From Thiobacillus sp. UBA3361 (GTDB lineage: Bacteria; Pseudomonadota; Gammaproteobacteria; Burkholderiales; Thiobacillaceae), in contig DEQR01000003.1 of NCBI GenBank assembly GCA_002360535.1, forward strand, positions 4,279 through 68,278: 64,000 nt of DNA. The letters are read 5' to 3'. Shown here one piece after another: positions 1-10,379 of the stretch; the stretch's first letter is position 1, and each line of letters starts with the position of its first letter. Position numbers and translations under genes: made by a program. The notes under the pieces were generated by a model. It was not told the origin of the DNA. It worked only from the letters and a program-made list of their open reading frames with translations, and did no database searches.

Positions 1-2774
1 CCGCCGCCCTGCGCAAGCTGCCGCCGGACCTGCCCAACCCGCCCTCGTTCCGCAAGGTCAACCCGGCCGACCTGCCCATTTTCTACCTGGCGATGAGCTC
101 CCCCACCCTGCCCCTGACGACGGTGAACGAGTTCGCCGAAACCCAGCTGGCGCAGCGCATCTCCACCATCCCCGGCGTGGCCCAGGTGCAGATATTCGGC
201 GCGCAGAAATTCGCCGTGCGCATCCACGCCGACCCGAACCAGCTGGCCGCACGGGGCATCGGCATCGACGAGCTGGCCGCCGCCATCCGCGCCGGCAACG
301 TCAACCAGCCCACCGGCACCCTGGACGGGAGCAAGCAGAGTTTCGCCATCAAGTCCGATGGGCAGCTGGAATCCGCCGCCGCCTACCGGCCGTTGATCGT
401 CGCCTGGCGCAACGGCAGCCCGGTGCGCCTGGAGGAGGTGGCCACGGCCATGGACAGCGTCGAGGACAACAAGCGCGCCAACTGGCTGGTCAGCCGCAAG
501 GGCGCGGAGCGTTCCATCGTCCTGGCCATCCAGCGCCAGCCGGGCGCCAACACCATCGAGACGGTCAACAAGATCAAGGCCATCCTGCCGGCCTTCCAGG
601 AGAAGCTGCCGGCCTCGGTCAAGCTGTCCGTGCTGTACGACCGCAGCGTCTCCATCCGCCACTCGGTGGATGACGTGCAGTTCACCCTGGTGCTGGCCGG
701 CTGCCTGGTCATCCTGGTGATCCTGCTGTTCCTGCGCAACCTGTCGGCCACCGCCATCCCCGCCGTGGCCCTGCCCCTGTCGGTGGTGGGCACCTTCGGC
801 GTCATGCACCTGATGGGCTTCAGCCTGGACAACCTCTCGCTGCTCGCCCTGACCCTGGCGGTGGGTTTCGTGGTGGATGACGCCATCGTCATGCTGGAGA
901 ACATCATGCGCCACGTGGAGAAGGGCGAGCCAACCCTCCAGGCGGCCATCCTCGGGGCGCGGGAGATCGGCTTCACCATCGTCTCCATGACCCTGTCGCT
1001 GGTGGCGGTATTCATCCCCGTCATGTTCATGAGCGGTGTCATCGGCCGCCTGCTGCACGAATTCGCGGTGACCATCTCGGCCGCCATCCTGGTGTCGGGC
1101 TTCGTCTCCCTGACCCTGACACCCATGCTAGCCAGCCGCTACATCAAGCCCGACGCGGGCCGCCGGCACGGCCGGGTGTACGCGCTGTTCGAGAGTGTCT
1201 TCAACGGCATGCTGAACCTGTACCGGCAGTCCCTGGACTGGTCCCTGGCCCACCCGCGCTTCATTTTCATGGTCTTCCTGGCCACCGTGGCGGCCAGCGC
1301 CTGGATGTACGTGAAGATTCCCAAGGACTTCCTGCCCAGCGGCGATTCCGGCCAGATCATCGCCTTCACCGAGGGGGCGCCGGACGCCTCGTTCGCCTCC
1401 ATGATCCAGCGCCAGCGCCAGGTGGCGGCCATCGCCGCCAAGAACCCGAACATCGAAGTGTTCATGTCGGTGGTGGGCGCCGGCGGCTCGCGGGTGACGG
1501 CCAACAGCGGCATCCTGTTCTTCCGCCTCAAGGACAAGCCGGGGCGCAAAGTCAGCCCCGACGAGCTGATCCAGGAGCTGCGGCCCAAACTCTCTTCGGT
1601 GCCGGGCATCAAGGTCTCCCTGCAAAACCCGCCGCCGGTGCGCATCTCGGGCCAGCTCACCTCGGCCCAGTTCCAGTACACCCTGCAAAGCACCGATCTG
1701 GCCGAACTGTACGAATGGACAGAGGTGCTGCTCAACCGCATCCGTGAGTTGCCCGGCTTCGTGGATGTGAACAGCAACCTGAACAACAAGAGCCCGGTGA
1801 TCGCCTTGGAGGCGGACCGGGACAAGCTGGCCGCCCTGGGCCTGACCTACGGCCAGGTGGAAGACGCCCTGCAATCGGCCTTCAGCTCCCGGCAGATCAG
1901 CACCATCTACGGCACCACCAACCAGTACCAGGTCATCATGGAGCTGGCCCCGGAATTCCGCGAAGACCCGGCCACCCTCTCCAGCCTCTACGTGCGATCG
2001 GGCAGCGGCCAACTGGTGCCGCTGGACACGGTGGCGCGCATCACCCGCCGCTCCCAGGCCCTCACCGTCAACCATCAGGGCCAGCTGCCCTCGGTGACCA
2101 TCTCCTTCAACCTGCAACCGGGCGTGTCCCTGGGCGAGGCGGTGGAGCGGATCGAGGCGGAGGAAAGGCAGCTGCAACTGCCCGCCTCCCTGAACACCGG
2201 CCTGCAAGGCGCCGCCCAGGCCTTCGAGGAGTCCCAGCAGGGCCTGGGCCTGCTGCTGCTGGTGGCGGTGCTGGTGGTCTATATCGTCCTGGGCATCCTG
2301 TACGAGAGCTTCATCCACCCGCTGACCATCCTGTCCGGGCTGCCCTCGGCCGGCATGGGCGCGCTGCTGACGCTGATGCTGTTCCAGGTGGATCTGAGCC
2401 TGTACGCCTTCGTCGGCGTCATCATGCTCATCGGCATCGTCAAGAAGAACGCCATCATGATGATCGACTTCGCCCTGGAGCGGCAGCGCCGGGAAGGCAT
2501 GGCGCCGGCGGAGGCCATCCGCCAGGCCTGCCTGATCCGTTTCCGACCCATCATGATGACCACCTTCGCCGCCCTGGCCGGCACCTTCCCCATCGCCATC
2601 GCCTACGGCGCCGGCGGCGAGATCCGCCAGCCCCTGGGACTGGCGGTGGTCGGCGGTCTGGTGGTGTCGCAGTTGCTGACGCTCTACATCACCCCGGTGA
2701 TCTATCTGTACCTGGAACGCCTCGCCGGACGGGGGGCGGGTGAAGCGAACGTGACGCCCGTGCCGGCGGCCTGA
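1..2774 (+). CDS. RND efflux transporter permease subunit (AcrB/MdtB/MdtC family), 5'-truncated by window edge
   Basis: The frame is open from the window edge (AALRKLPPDLPNPPSFRKVNPADLPIFYLAMSS...) to the stop at 2772-2774. The multi-TM RND permease sequence carries typical motifs (VVDDAIVMLENI, KKNAIMMIDFA). Confidence 0.9.
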   Translation, partial: AALRKLPPDLPNPPSFRKVNPADLPIFYLAMSSPTLPLTTVNEFAETQLAQRISTIPGVAQVQIFGAQKFAVRIHADPNQLAARGIGIDELAAAIRAGNVNQPTGTLDGSKQSFAIKSDGQLESAAAYRPLIVAWRNGSPVRLEEVATAMDSVEDNKRANWLVSRKGAERSIVLAIQRQPGANTIETVNKIKAILPAFQEKLPASVKLSVLYDRSVSIRHSVDDVQFTLVLAGCLVILVILLFLRNLSATAIPAVALPLSVVGTFGVMHLMGFSLDNLSLLALTLAVGFVVDDAIVMLENIMRHVEKGEPTLQAAILGAREIGFTIVSMTLSLVAVFIPVMFMSGVIGRLLHEFAVTISAAILVSGFVSLTLTPMLASRYIKPDAGRRHGRVYALFESVFNGMLNLYRQSLDWSLAHPRFIFMVFLATVAASAWMYVKIPKDFLPSGDSGQIIAFTEGAPDASFASMIQRQRQVAAIAAKNPNIEVFMSVVGAGGSRVTANSGILFFRLKDKPGRKVSPDELIQELRPKLSSVPGIKVSLQNPPPVRISGQLTSAQFQYTLQSTDLAELYEWTEVLLNRIRELPGFVDVNSNLNNKSPVIALEADRDKLAALGLTYGQVEDALQSAFSSRQISTIYGTTNQYQVIMELAPEFREDPATLSSLYVRSGSGQLVPLDTVARITRRSQALTVNHQGQLPSVTISFNLQPGVSLGEAVERIEAEERQLQLPASLNTGLQGAAQAFEESQQGLGLLLLVAVLVVYIVLGILYESFIHPLTILSGLPSAGMGALLTLMLFQVDLSLYAFVGVIMLIGIVKKNAIMMIDFALERQRREGMAPAEAIRQACLIRFRPIMMTTFAALAGTFPIAIAYGAGGEIRQPLGLAVVGGLVVSQLLTLYITPVIYLYLERLAGRGAGEANVTPVPAA

Positions 2775-2785
2775 CCGGAACGGTG

Positions 2786-3154
2786 TCAGATGTGGCCCAG
2801 TCGGGCCAATTCGCGAAGATAGGCGGAAAACCCCACCTCGGCCACGCCTTCGCGCAAGGCCTGGGCCAGGGCGGCGACGAAGCCGGATTGGCCGTCTTCC
2901 GGATCGTCCGGCACCACCAGGATTTCCCCGCCGACCAGGCGCAGGCGGATGCCATCCACCAGACCGTTGGGTTCCGCGTCGCAGATGAGATAGAGGGGAC
3001 AGGCCTCGAAGGCGGCGATCCGGTCCACGTTCAGGTAGAACTCGCGGGCGTCGAACTGGCGGATGGCGATGCAGCGCGCCGGGTGGCCGCGACCGAAGTC
3101 CTGCTCCCCCAGGTGTTCGGTCTCGTGCAGGGGATAGAGCTTGAGAAAGGCCAT
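2786..3154 (-). CDS. hypothetical protein (122 aa)
   Basis: The ATG at 3152-3154 (MAFLKLYPLHETEH...) lies 8 nt after the stop of the upstream CorC-family gene on the same strand, so co-transcription is likely. No family recognised. Confidence 0.5.
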   Translation of the reverse strand: MAFLKLYPLHETEHLGEQDFGRGHPARCIAIRQFDAREFYLNVDRIAAFEACPLYLICDAEPNGLVDGIRLRLVGGEILVVPDDPEDGQSGFVAALAQALREGVAEVGFSAYLRELARLGHI

Positions 3155-3161
3155 CCCGGTC

Positions 3162-4490
3162 TCAGCCCTCCTCGCCGGCTGGGCTGTCCGGCGGCTCGGG
3201 CAGGGGCGAGACCAGCACCCGATCCACCCGGTTGCGGTCCATGTCCACCACCTCGAAGCGGTGCCCCTCGCATTCGAACCAGTCGGCCACGGCGGGGATG
3301 CGGCCCAGCATGTGCATGACGAAGCCGCCCAGGGTGTTGTAGCTGTTCTCCTCCTCGCCCGGCAGTTCCTCATCGATGTCCAGCTCGGCCTTGAGCCGTT
3401 CCACCGCCACGCCGCCGTCGATGAGCCAGCTGCCGTCCTCGCGGCGCACGAACTCCTGTTCCTCGTCGGTGTCGGCCTGGGATATCTCGCCGACGATGGA
3501 GGTGAGCACGTCGGTCATGGTCACCAGGCCCTGCAGGTCGCCGTATTCGTCCACGATCAGGGCGAAGTGGGTACGCGACTGGCGGAAGTTTTCCAGCAGC
3601 TGGGTGGTGGTGACCGTGTCCGGCACGTAGAGGGGCGCGGCCGTGGCCTCCATCACGTCGCGCCGCGTCACGCTGGCGCCGGACAGGCTGTGCTTGAGGA
3701 GGTCTCCGGTCTGCAGCACGCCGACGATATTGTCCATGCCGTCCTGGCACACCATGATGCGGTGGTAGGGGCTCTCGGCAATGCCCTTGAGGATGTCCTC
3801 CTCGCTGTCTTCCAGGTCGATGCTGTAGATATCCTTGCGTGGGGTCATGATCGCCCCCACCCGCTGTTCGTCCAGACGCAGCACGTTGGAAACGATGAGC
3901 TGCTCGCTGATGTGGAACACGCCCGCTTCCGCGCCCTGCTCCATCAGAATCTTGATCTCCTCGTCGGTGACTGGCGGCTCGTCCTTGCGTTTGGCCCCCA
4001 GGGCGCGCAGCACCATGTCGCTGGACACGGACAGCAGCAGCACCAGGGGCTTGGCCAGGCGGGCCAGCCAGAGCATGGGCCGGGCGGCCAGGGAGGCGAT
4101 GGTTTCCGGCGCCAGCAGGGCCAGCCGCTTGGGCACCAGCTCGCCCACCACCACCGTGAAATAGGTCAGTCCCACCACCACAATGGACAGGGCGATGAGG
4201 TGGCTGGAGGAAGCCAGGGGCGGAAAACCGGACAGCCAGGCTTCCAGGTTGTCGGTCAGGGCGGCCTCGCCCACCGCACCGCTCAGGATGCCGACCGAGG
4301 TGATGCCCACCTGGATGGTGGACAGGAAGCTGGAAGGGTTTTCATGCAGGGCGAGGGCCGTTTCCGCCCCCGGATTGCCTTCCTCGGCCAGGCTGTGCAG
4401 CCGGGTCCTGCGTGCCGAGACCACGGCCATTTCGGCCATGGACAACAATCCGTTGATCAGGATGAGTACCGCGATTAAGGCTAAGTCCAT
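3162..4490 (-). CDS. HlyC/CorC family transporter (DUF21 - CBS pair - CorC_HlyC)
   Basis: 442 aa. It has an N-terminal DUF21 membrane region (MDLALIAVLILINGLLSMAEMAVVSARR), central CBS-pair-like sequence and a C-terminal CorC/HlyC-type domain. Confidence 0.9.
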   Translation of the reverse strand: MDLALIAVLILINGLLSMAEMAVVSARRTRLHSLAEEGNPGAETALALHENPSSFLSTIQVGITSVGILSGAVGEAALTDNLEAWLSGFPPLASSSHLIALSIVVVGLTYFTVVVGELVPKRLALLAPETIASLAARPMLWLARLAKPLVLLLSVSSDMVLRALGAKRKDEPPVTDEEIKILMEQGAEAGVFHISEQLIVSNVLRLDEQRVGAIMTPRKDIYSIDLEDSEEDILKGIAESPYHRIMVCQDGMDNIVGVLQTGDLLKHSLSGASVTRRDVMEATAAPLYVPDTVTTTQLLENFRQSRTHFALIVDEYGDLQGLVTMTDVLTSIVGEISQADTDEEQEFVRREDGSWLIDGGVAVERLKAELDIDEELPGEEENSYNTLGGFVMHMLGRIPAVADWFECEGHRFEVVDMDRNRVDRVLVSPLPEPPDSPAGEEG

Positions 4491-4590
4491 CTTGTCGGGC
4501 CGCCCTGATGCACTCTACTTGCCGCACGGCCCTGGTGTTGTGGGAAGCATTAGTATAAATGCTTACCGTCCGATTCCCCTCACCTATACC

Positions 4591-6171
4591 CTAGGCGCCT
4601 CCCGCACCCACATCCGCCAGCCTCACCAGCGCATATTCCATGCTGTCCGCCAGGGCGTGCCAGCTGGCGTCGATGATGTTGGCGCTGGCCCCCACCGTGG
4701 TCCAGCCCTCGCTGCCGCTCTGGAAGTCGATCAGCACGCGGGTGGTGGCGGCGGTGCCACTGCTGCTGTTGAGGATGCGCACCTTGTAGTCGGTCAGGCG
4801 CACCGTGCGCAGCACCGGGTAGGCCCCCACCAGGGCCTCCTGCAGGGCCAGGGCCAGGGCGTTGACCGGACCGTTGCCCTCGGCGGCGGTGAACTTGACC
4901 GCGCCGCCCACCTTCACCTTCACCATGGCCTCGGCCAGCAGTCCCCGGCCGTGGCGGCGCTCGGTGATGACGAAATAGTCCACCAACTCGAAGGGCCGTT
5001 CGTAGCCCGGCTTCAGACGGTGCAACAGCAACTCGACGCTGGCCTCCGCCGCCTCGAAGGTGAAGCCCTCGTGCTCCAGGTGCTTGATCTGCCCCAGCAC
5101 CTTCTGGGCCTCGTCCCGGTCCAGGTCGATACCCATCTGCTGGGCCTGGAGCAGGACGTTGCCGCGCCCGGACAACTCGGAGATCACCGAGCGCATCTCG
5201 TTGCCCACCAGTGCCGGATCCATGTGCTGGTAGGTGTCCGGTGACTTGAGGATGGCCGCCACGTGGATGCCGCCCTTGTGGGCAAAGGCGCTGTGGCCGG
5301 TGTAGGGATGGTGGTCGTCGTGCTTGAGGTTGGCCACTTCGGCTACGAACCGGGACAGACTGGTCAACTCCTTCAGCTTGTCAGCGTCCAGCACCGCGTG
5401 GCCCATCTTGAATTGCAGATTGGGCAGGATGGTGACCAAGTCCGCGTTGCCCACCCGCTCGCCGTAGCCGTTGACGGTGCCCTGCACCATGGCCGCGCCA
5501 CCCCGCACCGCCGCCAGGGAATTGGCCACGCCGCAACCGGAATCATTGTGGCAATGCACGCCCAGACGGGCAGCGGGCAGGGCCTCGGCCACCTGGCGGG
5601 TCATCGCCTCCACATCCCAGGGCAACCGGCCGCCGTTGGTCTCGCACAGCACCAGCCAGTCGGCCCCCGCCTCCAGGGCGGCGCGCAGCGTGGCCAGGGC
5701 ATAGTCCGGGTTGGCCAGGAAGCCGTCGTAGAAATGTTCGGCGTCGAACAACACCTCGCGGCCCCGTTCCTTCATGTAGGCCACGCTCTCGCCGATCATG
5801 GCCAGGTTCTCTTCCGGGCTGGCGGACAGGACGTGGGTGACGTGATAGTCCCAACTCTTGCCCACCAGGGTGACCACCGGGGTTTCCGCCTTGAGCAGGG
5901 CCGCCAGGTTGGCGTCCGAATCGCAGGGGCTGCCCTTGCGGCGCGTGCTGCCGAAGGCGGCCAGGCGCGTGCCGCCCAGGTTCATGCGCATCGCGCGGGC
6001 AAAGAATTCCGCATCCTTGGGATTAGAACCCGGCCAGCCGCACTCGATGTAGTGCATGCCGAAATCCGCCAACCGCTTCGCGATGGTGAGCTTGTCCTCC
6101 ACCGACAGGGAGATGTCCTCCCGCTGGGTGCCGTCACGGAGGGTGGTGTCGTAAAGAAATACCTGATTCAT
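4591..6171 (-). CDS. cimA: citramalate synthase / LeuA-family HMGL-like enzyme
   Basis: MNQVFLYDTTLRDGTQREDISLSVEDKLTIAKRLADFGMHYIECGWPGSNPKDAEFF is the classic CimA/LeuA N-terminus. About 526 aa from the ATG at 6169-6171; the longer ORF start at 6195 is less likely. Confidence 0.85.
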   Translation of the reverse strand: MNQVFLYDTTLRDGTQREDISLSVEDKLTIAKRLADFGMHYIECGWPGSNPKDAEFFARAMRMNLGGTRLAAFGSTRRKGSPCDSDANLAALLKAETPVVTLVGKSWDYHVTHVLSASPEENLAMIGESVAYMKERGREVLFDAEHFYDGFLANPDYALATLRAALEAGADWLVLCETNGGRLPWDVEAMTRQVAEALPAARLGVHCHNDSGCGVANSLAAVRGGAAMVQGTVNGYGERVGNADLVTILPNLQFKMGHAVLDADKLKELTSLSRFVAEVANLKHDDHHPYTGHSAFAHKGGIHVAAILKSPDTYQHMDPALVGNEMRSVISELSGRGNVLLQAQQMGIDLDRDEAQKVLGQIKHLEHEGFTFEAAEASVELLLHRLKPGYERPFELVDYFVITERRHGRGLLAEAMVKVKVGGAVKFTAAEGNGPVNALALALQEALVGAYPVLRTVRLTDYKVRILNSSSGTAATTRVLIDFQSGSEGWTTVGASANIIDASWHALADSMEYALVRLADVGAGGA

Positions 6172-6257
6172 GGCTAGGCCGCCGTCGTGTTGCATCGCAA
6201 TGAAATTATTGCCGATTGCAGCGGCTCAGGTCATGAACAGATTGGCGGTTCGTCAGC

Positions 6258-7136
6258 CTACGGGCTGCCGCAGTCCTCCATGATGGGTTTCCAGGGGGTC
6301 AGCACGATTTCCACACGCCGGTTGCGCTGGCGGCCTTCCCAGGTATCGTTGGTCGCCACGGGTCGGTACTTGGACAGGCCGACCGCCTCCATGCGCGTGG
6401 ATTCGATGCCGTGGCGGGCCTCGAAGTAGCGCGCCACGCTGGCGGCACGCCCGCCGGACAATTCCCAGTTAGAGTAATACTTGTCCTTCAGCCGCGGGCC
6501 GATGGGCACCGTGTCCGTGTGTCCCTCGATGCGGATGGTTTCCTTGCCGTCCGCCAGCACCTCGGCCACCACGTCCAGCACCTCCCTCCCCTTGGGCAGG
6601 ATATCGGCGCTGCCGCTGTGGAACAGGATGCGGTCGAGTACCCGGACTGAGAGCTGGCTCCGCAGCCTCTGGATCTCCACGTCCTTGGCCTCGATGTCCC
6701 TGCCCAGACGTTGCCGCAGGCTGTCTTCCAGGGCCTTCATGCGCGCCACCTGCCCGGCCGCCTGCTCGGCGGCGCGGGTCTGGGTCGCGGCGGCTTCCCG
6801 CATGCGCTCGTTGGTGCGGGTCAGGTCGGCAATCTGTTGCCGGGTGGATTGCAGGTCCTCCTGATAGCCGGCCAGGGCCGCTTTCTGCTGTGCCAGGGAT
6901 TGGTCAGCCTCGCGTGACTTTTCCCGCTGTTCAGTCAGGCGTTGTTGCAAGTCCCGCGCGCCGGATTCCGCCGCCGCGCAACGCCTTTCCCAATCCAGTC
7001 GGTCTTTCTTGCAGGCCTCCAAGTCCTGGATGCAGGACTGTTGCCTGCAGCCTTTGTCGACAATTTCGGCGGGTTCCTGGGTTGCGCATCCACCCAGCAA
7101 GGCACCGGCAATCAGCATGACTGGCAGTAATTTCAT
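6258..7136 (-). CDS. OmpA/MotB-domain lipoprotein with coiled-coil region
   Basis: Lipoprotein signal peptide MKLLPVMLIAGALLGGC, a long Q/E/R-rich coiled-coil segment, and a C-terminal OmpA-like domain (IRIEGHTDTVPIG...NWELSGGRAASVARYF...NRRVEIVL). Confidence 0.85.
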   Translation of the reverse strand: MKLLPVMLIAGALLGGCATQEPAEIVDKGCRQQSCIQDLEACKKDRLDWERRCAAAESGARDLQQRLTEQREKSREADQSLAQQKAALAGYQEDLQSTRQQIADLTRTNERMREAAATQTRAAEQAAGQVARMKALEDSLRQRLGRDIEAKDVEIQRLRSQLSVRVLDRILFHSGSADILPKGREVLDVVAEVLADGKETIRIEGHTDTVPIGPRLKDKYYSNWELSGGRAASVARYFEARHGIESTRMEAVGLSKYRPVATNDTWEGRQRNRRVEIVLTPWKPIMEDCGSP

Positions 7137-7242
7137 GATGGACCTCGATTCAGGAATGTACTTGGGTGATTCCACCTACAATCCCTTCGTATCCTGACTA
7201 TAGTGCGCATTCCGGATCAGCACATCGACGCAGAGCACCGGC

Positions 7243-8592
7243 CTATTCGTAATCCTCCGAATGTTCGGCCCGCAGGTTCTCCCGGTAGAACTGCTCCAGT
7301 TCCTCCTCGAAATAGAAGGACGTTCCCCCGAAGGCCGGCCTCAGGTCGCTCAGCCAGGTGGCCTGCTCATCGTAGCGGGCGAAGAATGGCCGGTGCACCC
7401 AATCCGGGTCGCGCCCCTGGATGAAGCGCAGCACCATCACCTTCTCGCCGTTCATCTCGCTCACCCCCAGCACCTGTGCCTTGCCGGGGTTGGCGGACAT
7501 GCACGGGCCGCGCACGCTGCGCCCCAATCCGCTGACCCGCTGGTAAGCCTCGCGGAAGATTTCCCAGGCGCGTACCAAGGGCACGGCGAAGTAATGCTGT
7601 GCCCCCGTGTTGCGGGCCACAAACATGTAGTAAGGCACGCAGCCCAGGTCCACCTGGGTGTCCCACATCTCGCTCCACAGTGCCGGGTCGTCATTGATGT
7701 GCGCCAGTAGCGGCGACTGGGTACGGATCACCGCGCCGGTCTCGCGTACCGCGCGGATGGCCTTGCGCACGGGCTCGGGCCGCAACTCCCGGGGATGGTT
7801 GAAGTGGGCCATGACGGCCAGGTGCTTGCCGGCATCCGCCACCCTGCGGAACAGGGCGAGGACCTCCCCCGCGTCCTTGTCGGTGAGGTAGCGGTAGGGC
7901 CAGAAGCTCAACGACTTGGTGCCGATGCGGATGTGGCGCAGGTTGGGCAGGTCGGCCGCCAGCAACGGCTCGAAGTATTCCGCCAGGTGCCGGGCCGACA
8001 TGATCATGGGATCACCCCCGGTAAACAGCACGTCCGTCACGCGTGGGTTGGCCTTGAGGTACTCCACCAGCCGTTCCACCTCCCGGCTGGCGAATTTCAG
8101 CTCGGCCTGGCCAACGAACTGCGGCCAGCGGAAGCAGAAGCTGCAATAGGCATGGCAGGTCTGGCCCTGGCTGGGGAAGAACAACACGGTCTCCCGGTAC
8201 TTGTGCTGCATACCGTCCAGCGGCTCCCCCTCCAGGGTCGGGATGTTGTGACTCACCTGCCCGGCCGGATGGGGATTGAGGCCGGCGCGGATGCGGTTCG
8301 CCGCCACCTTGACCACGGACGCGTCGGCACCTTCCTGGAGCAGTCCGGCGATTTCGGCGTAATGCTCCGACCGCAGCATGCCTCGCTGGGGGAAGGTCAG
8401 CACGAACAGGGGATCGTCGGGTGCCTGGTCCCAGTCGATCAATTGTTCGATCACGAAGCTGTTGGTCTTGAACGGCAGCACATGGCCGACCACCTCGATG
8501 TCGAACTTGACCTCCTCGGGCAGCATCGCCATCTGCGGAATGTCGCGGAAGTTGCTCAGGGAATAGGCCTTGTAGGGGCTATGCGGTGGCAT
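7243..8592 (-). CDS. KamA-family radical SAM protein (lysine 2,3-aminomutase-like)
   Basis: 449 aa. CxxxCxxC cluster motif C-HAY-C-SF-C within GQTCHAYCSFCFRWPQF, followed by the KamA-like core (TDVLFTGGDPMIM ... IRIGTK ... AHFNHPREL). Confidence 0.8.
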   Translation of the reverse strand: MPPHSPYKAYSLSNFRDIPQMAMLPEEVKFDIEVVGHVLPFKTNSFVIEQLIDWDQAPDDPLFVLTFPQRGMLRSEHYAEIAGLLQEGADASVVKVAANRIRAGLNPHPAGQVSHNIPTLEGEPLDGMQHKYRETVLFFPSQGQTCHAYCSFCFRWPQFVGQAELKFASREVERLVEYLKANPRVTDVLFTGGDPMIMSARHLAEYFEPLLAADLPNLRHIRIGTKSLSFWPYRYLTDKDAGEVLALFRRVADAGKHLAVMAHFNHPRELRPEPVRKAIRAVRETGAVIRTQSPLLAHINDDPALWSEMWDTQVDLGCVPYYMFVARNTGAQHYFAVPLVRAWEIFREAYQRVSGLGRSVRGPCMSANPGKAQVLGVSEMNGEKVMVLRFIQGRDPDWVHRPFFARYDEQATWLSDLRPAFGGTSFYFEEELEQFYRENLRAEHSEDYE

Positions 8593-8705
8593 GGGGAATC
8601 CTCGGGTGAAAGCGTCGCGACATGGGCGCGGCGCGGAATGGATGTTTCTTGGCGGGGATACTTCCCCTATTCTGATATTGGATCACATTTGCACAAAGCT
8701 AGTTC

Positions 8706-10001
8706 ATGGGACGTAAAACCACCTCTCCGGACATCCATCTCAACCTGAACGTGCGTGGCCTCAAACAATCGGCCACCCTGGCCATCAACGAGAAGAGCGC
8801 GCAGATGATCCGGGAGGGTCACCAGGTCTATCGCCTGGGTCTGGGCCAGTCGCCCTTCCCCGTACCGCAGCCGGTGGTGGACGAATTGCGCGCCAACGCC
8901 CACCAGAAGGACTACCTCCCGGTGCGCGGCCTACCCGCCTTGCGCGAGGCGGTGGCAGGCTACCACCGGCGGCTCCACGGCATCGAGCGCAGCGCCGGCG
9001 ACGTGCTGGTGGGGCCGGGCTCCAAGGAACTGATGTTCATCCTGCAACTGGTGTATTACGGCGACCTGCTCATCCCCACCCCCAGCTGGGTGTCCTACGC
9101 GCCCCAGGCCAAAATCGTCGGCCGGCAGATCCACTGGGTCTCCACCCGTCCCGATAACGACTGGCGGCTGATGCCAGACGAGCTGGACCGGCTGTGCCGA
9201 GACGACCGGCGCCGGCCGCGCATCCTCATCCTCAACTACCCCTCCAACCCCACCGGCGACAGCTACACCATTGATGAGCTCAAGGCCCTGGCCAGAGTGG
9301 CGCGCAAGTACAAGGTGATCCTTCTGTCTGACGAGATCTATGGCGAACTGCACCATCGCGGGCAGCACGTGTCCATTGCCCGCTTCTATCCGGAAGGCAC
9401 CATCATCAGCGGTGGTCTCTCCAAATGGTGCGGCGCGGGGGGCTGGCGGCTGGGCACCTTCGTGTTCCCGCCATGCATGCGCTGGCTGCTGGAGGCCATG
9501 GCCACCGTGGCCAGCGAGACCTACACCTCCACCAGCGCCCCCATACAGTACGCCGCCGTGCGCGCCTTTTCCGGCGGTATGGAGATGGAGCAATACCTGG
9601 CGCAGTCGCGCCGCGTGCTGCGCCACCTGGGCCGCCATGTCTGGCGCCGGCTCAAGACCGCGGGCGCCACGGTGTCCGGGCCGGTGGGCGGGTTCTATCT
9701 GTTCCCGGACTTCACGCCCCTGCGCGAGCGGCTGGCGGCGCGCGGCATCCGCGACAGCGCGGCCCTCGCCGACGTCCTGCTCCAGGAAACCGGCGTGGCC
9801 GGTTTGCCGGGCGTCCAATTCGGCCGCCCACCCGAGGAGTTGACCCTGCGCCTCGCCTATGTGGATTTCGACGGCGCGCGCGCCCTGATGGCCGCCCAGC
9901 AGGTTCCCCTCGGCAAGGAACTGGACAAGGCCTTCCTCGAACTCTACTGCCCGAATGTGATCCGCGCCGTGGATGCCATGGCTAAGTGGCTTACTCGTTA
10001 G
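8706..10001 (+). CDS. pyridoxal phosphate-dependent aminotransferase (class I/II)
   Basis: 431 aa. Class I aminotransferase hallmarks: LGLGQSPFPVP, ILNYPSNPTG, and SKWCGAGGWRLG (PLP-lysine region). Confidence 0.85.
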   Translation: MGRKTTSPDIHLNLNVRGLKQSATLAINEKSAQMIREGHQVYRLGLGQSPFPVPQPVVDELRANAHQKDYLPVRGLPALREAVAGYHRRLHGIERSAGDVLVGPGSKELMFILQLVYYGDLLIPTPSWVSYAPQAKIVGRQIHWVSTRPDNDWRLMPDELDRLCRDDRRRPRILILNYPSNPTGDSYTIDELKALARVARKYKVILLSDEIYGELHHRGQHVSIARFYPEGTIISGGLSKWCGAGGWRLGTFVFPPCMRWLLEAMATVASETYTSTSAPIQYAAVRAFSGGMEMEQYLAQSRRVLRHLGRHVWRRLKTAGATVSGPVGGFYLFPDFTPLRERLAARGIRDSAALADVLLQETGVAGLPGVQFGRPPEELTLRLAYVDFDGARALMAAQQVPLGKELDKAFLELYCPNVIRAVDAMAKWLTR

Positions 10002-10034
10002 GGCGTGCTACCCAGGGGGTGGCTGTCCGCGAGT

Positions 10035-10379
10035 TCAGCCGGCCCCCAGGAAGGCGGCGGCCAGGTAGTCGGGCATGCGGCGCACCACCCGGACCGGCTG
10101 CCAGACGGGGGCCTCCCCGATCTGCGGGTCTGTCCCGTGCTCGAACATGACATCCAGGTACTTGCCCACCTCCAGTTCGCCTCCCGACAAATCCTGGCGA
10201 ATACTGATGCGGACCCCACCCTCGCTCATGTCCACGGTGGCCCCATGCGCCACCAGTACCCCGTAGGCATAGACTTGCACGCCTACGCTCGTATCGCTGC
10301 GCCGGCTCATGCGGCGCTCTACGTGAGTGGCGCCCATTGGTCGATCCATTTCGATAGTCACACCCGCCTCCACCATCAA
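10035..10379 (-). CDS. PilZ domain protein (putative c-di-GMP receptor)
   Basis: 114 aa single-domain protein with RRMSRR (RxxxR) and DMSEGGVRI (DxSxxG) motifs at PilZ-like spacing. Confidence 0.75.
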   Translation of the reverse strand: MMVEAGVTIEMDRPMGATHVERRMSRRSDTSVGVQVYAYGVLVAHGATVDMSEGGVRISIRQDLSGGELEVGKYLDVMFEHGTDPQIGEAPVWQPVRVVRRMPDYLAAAFLGAG

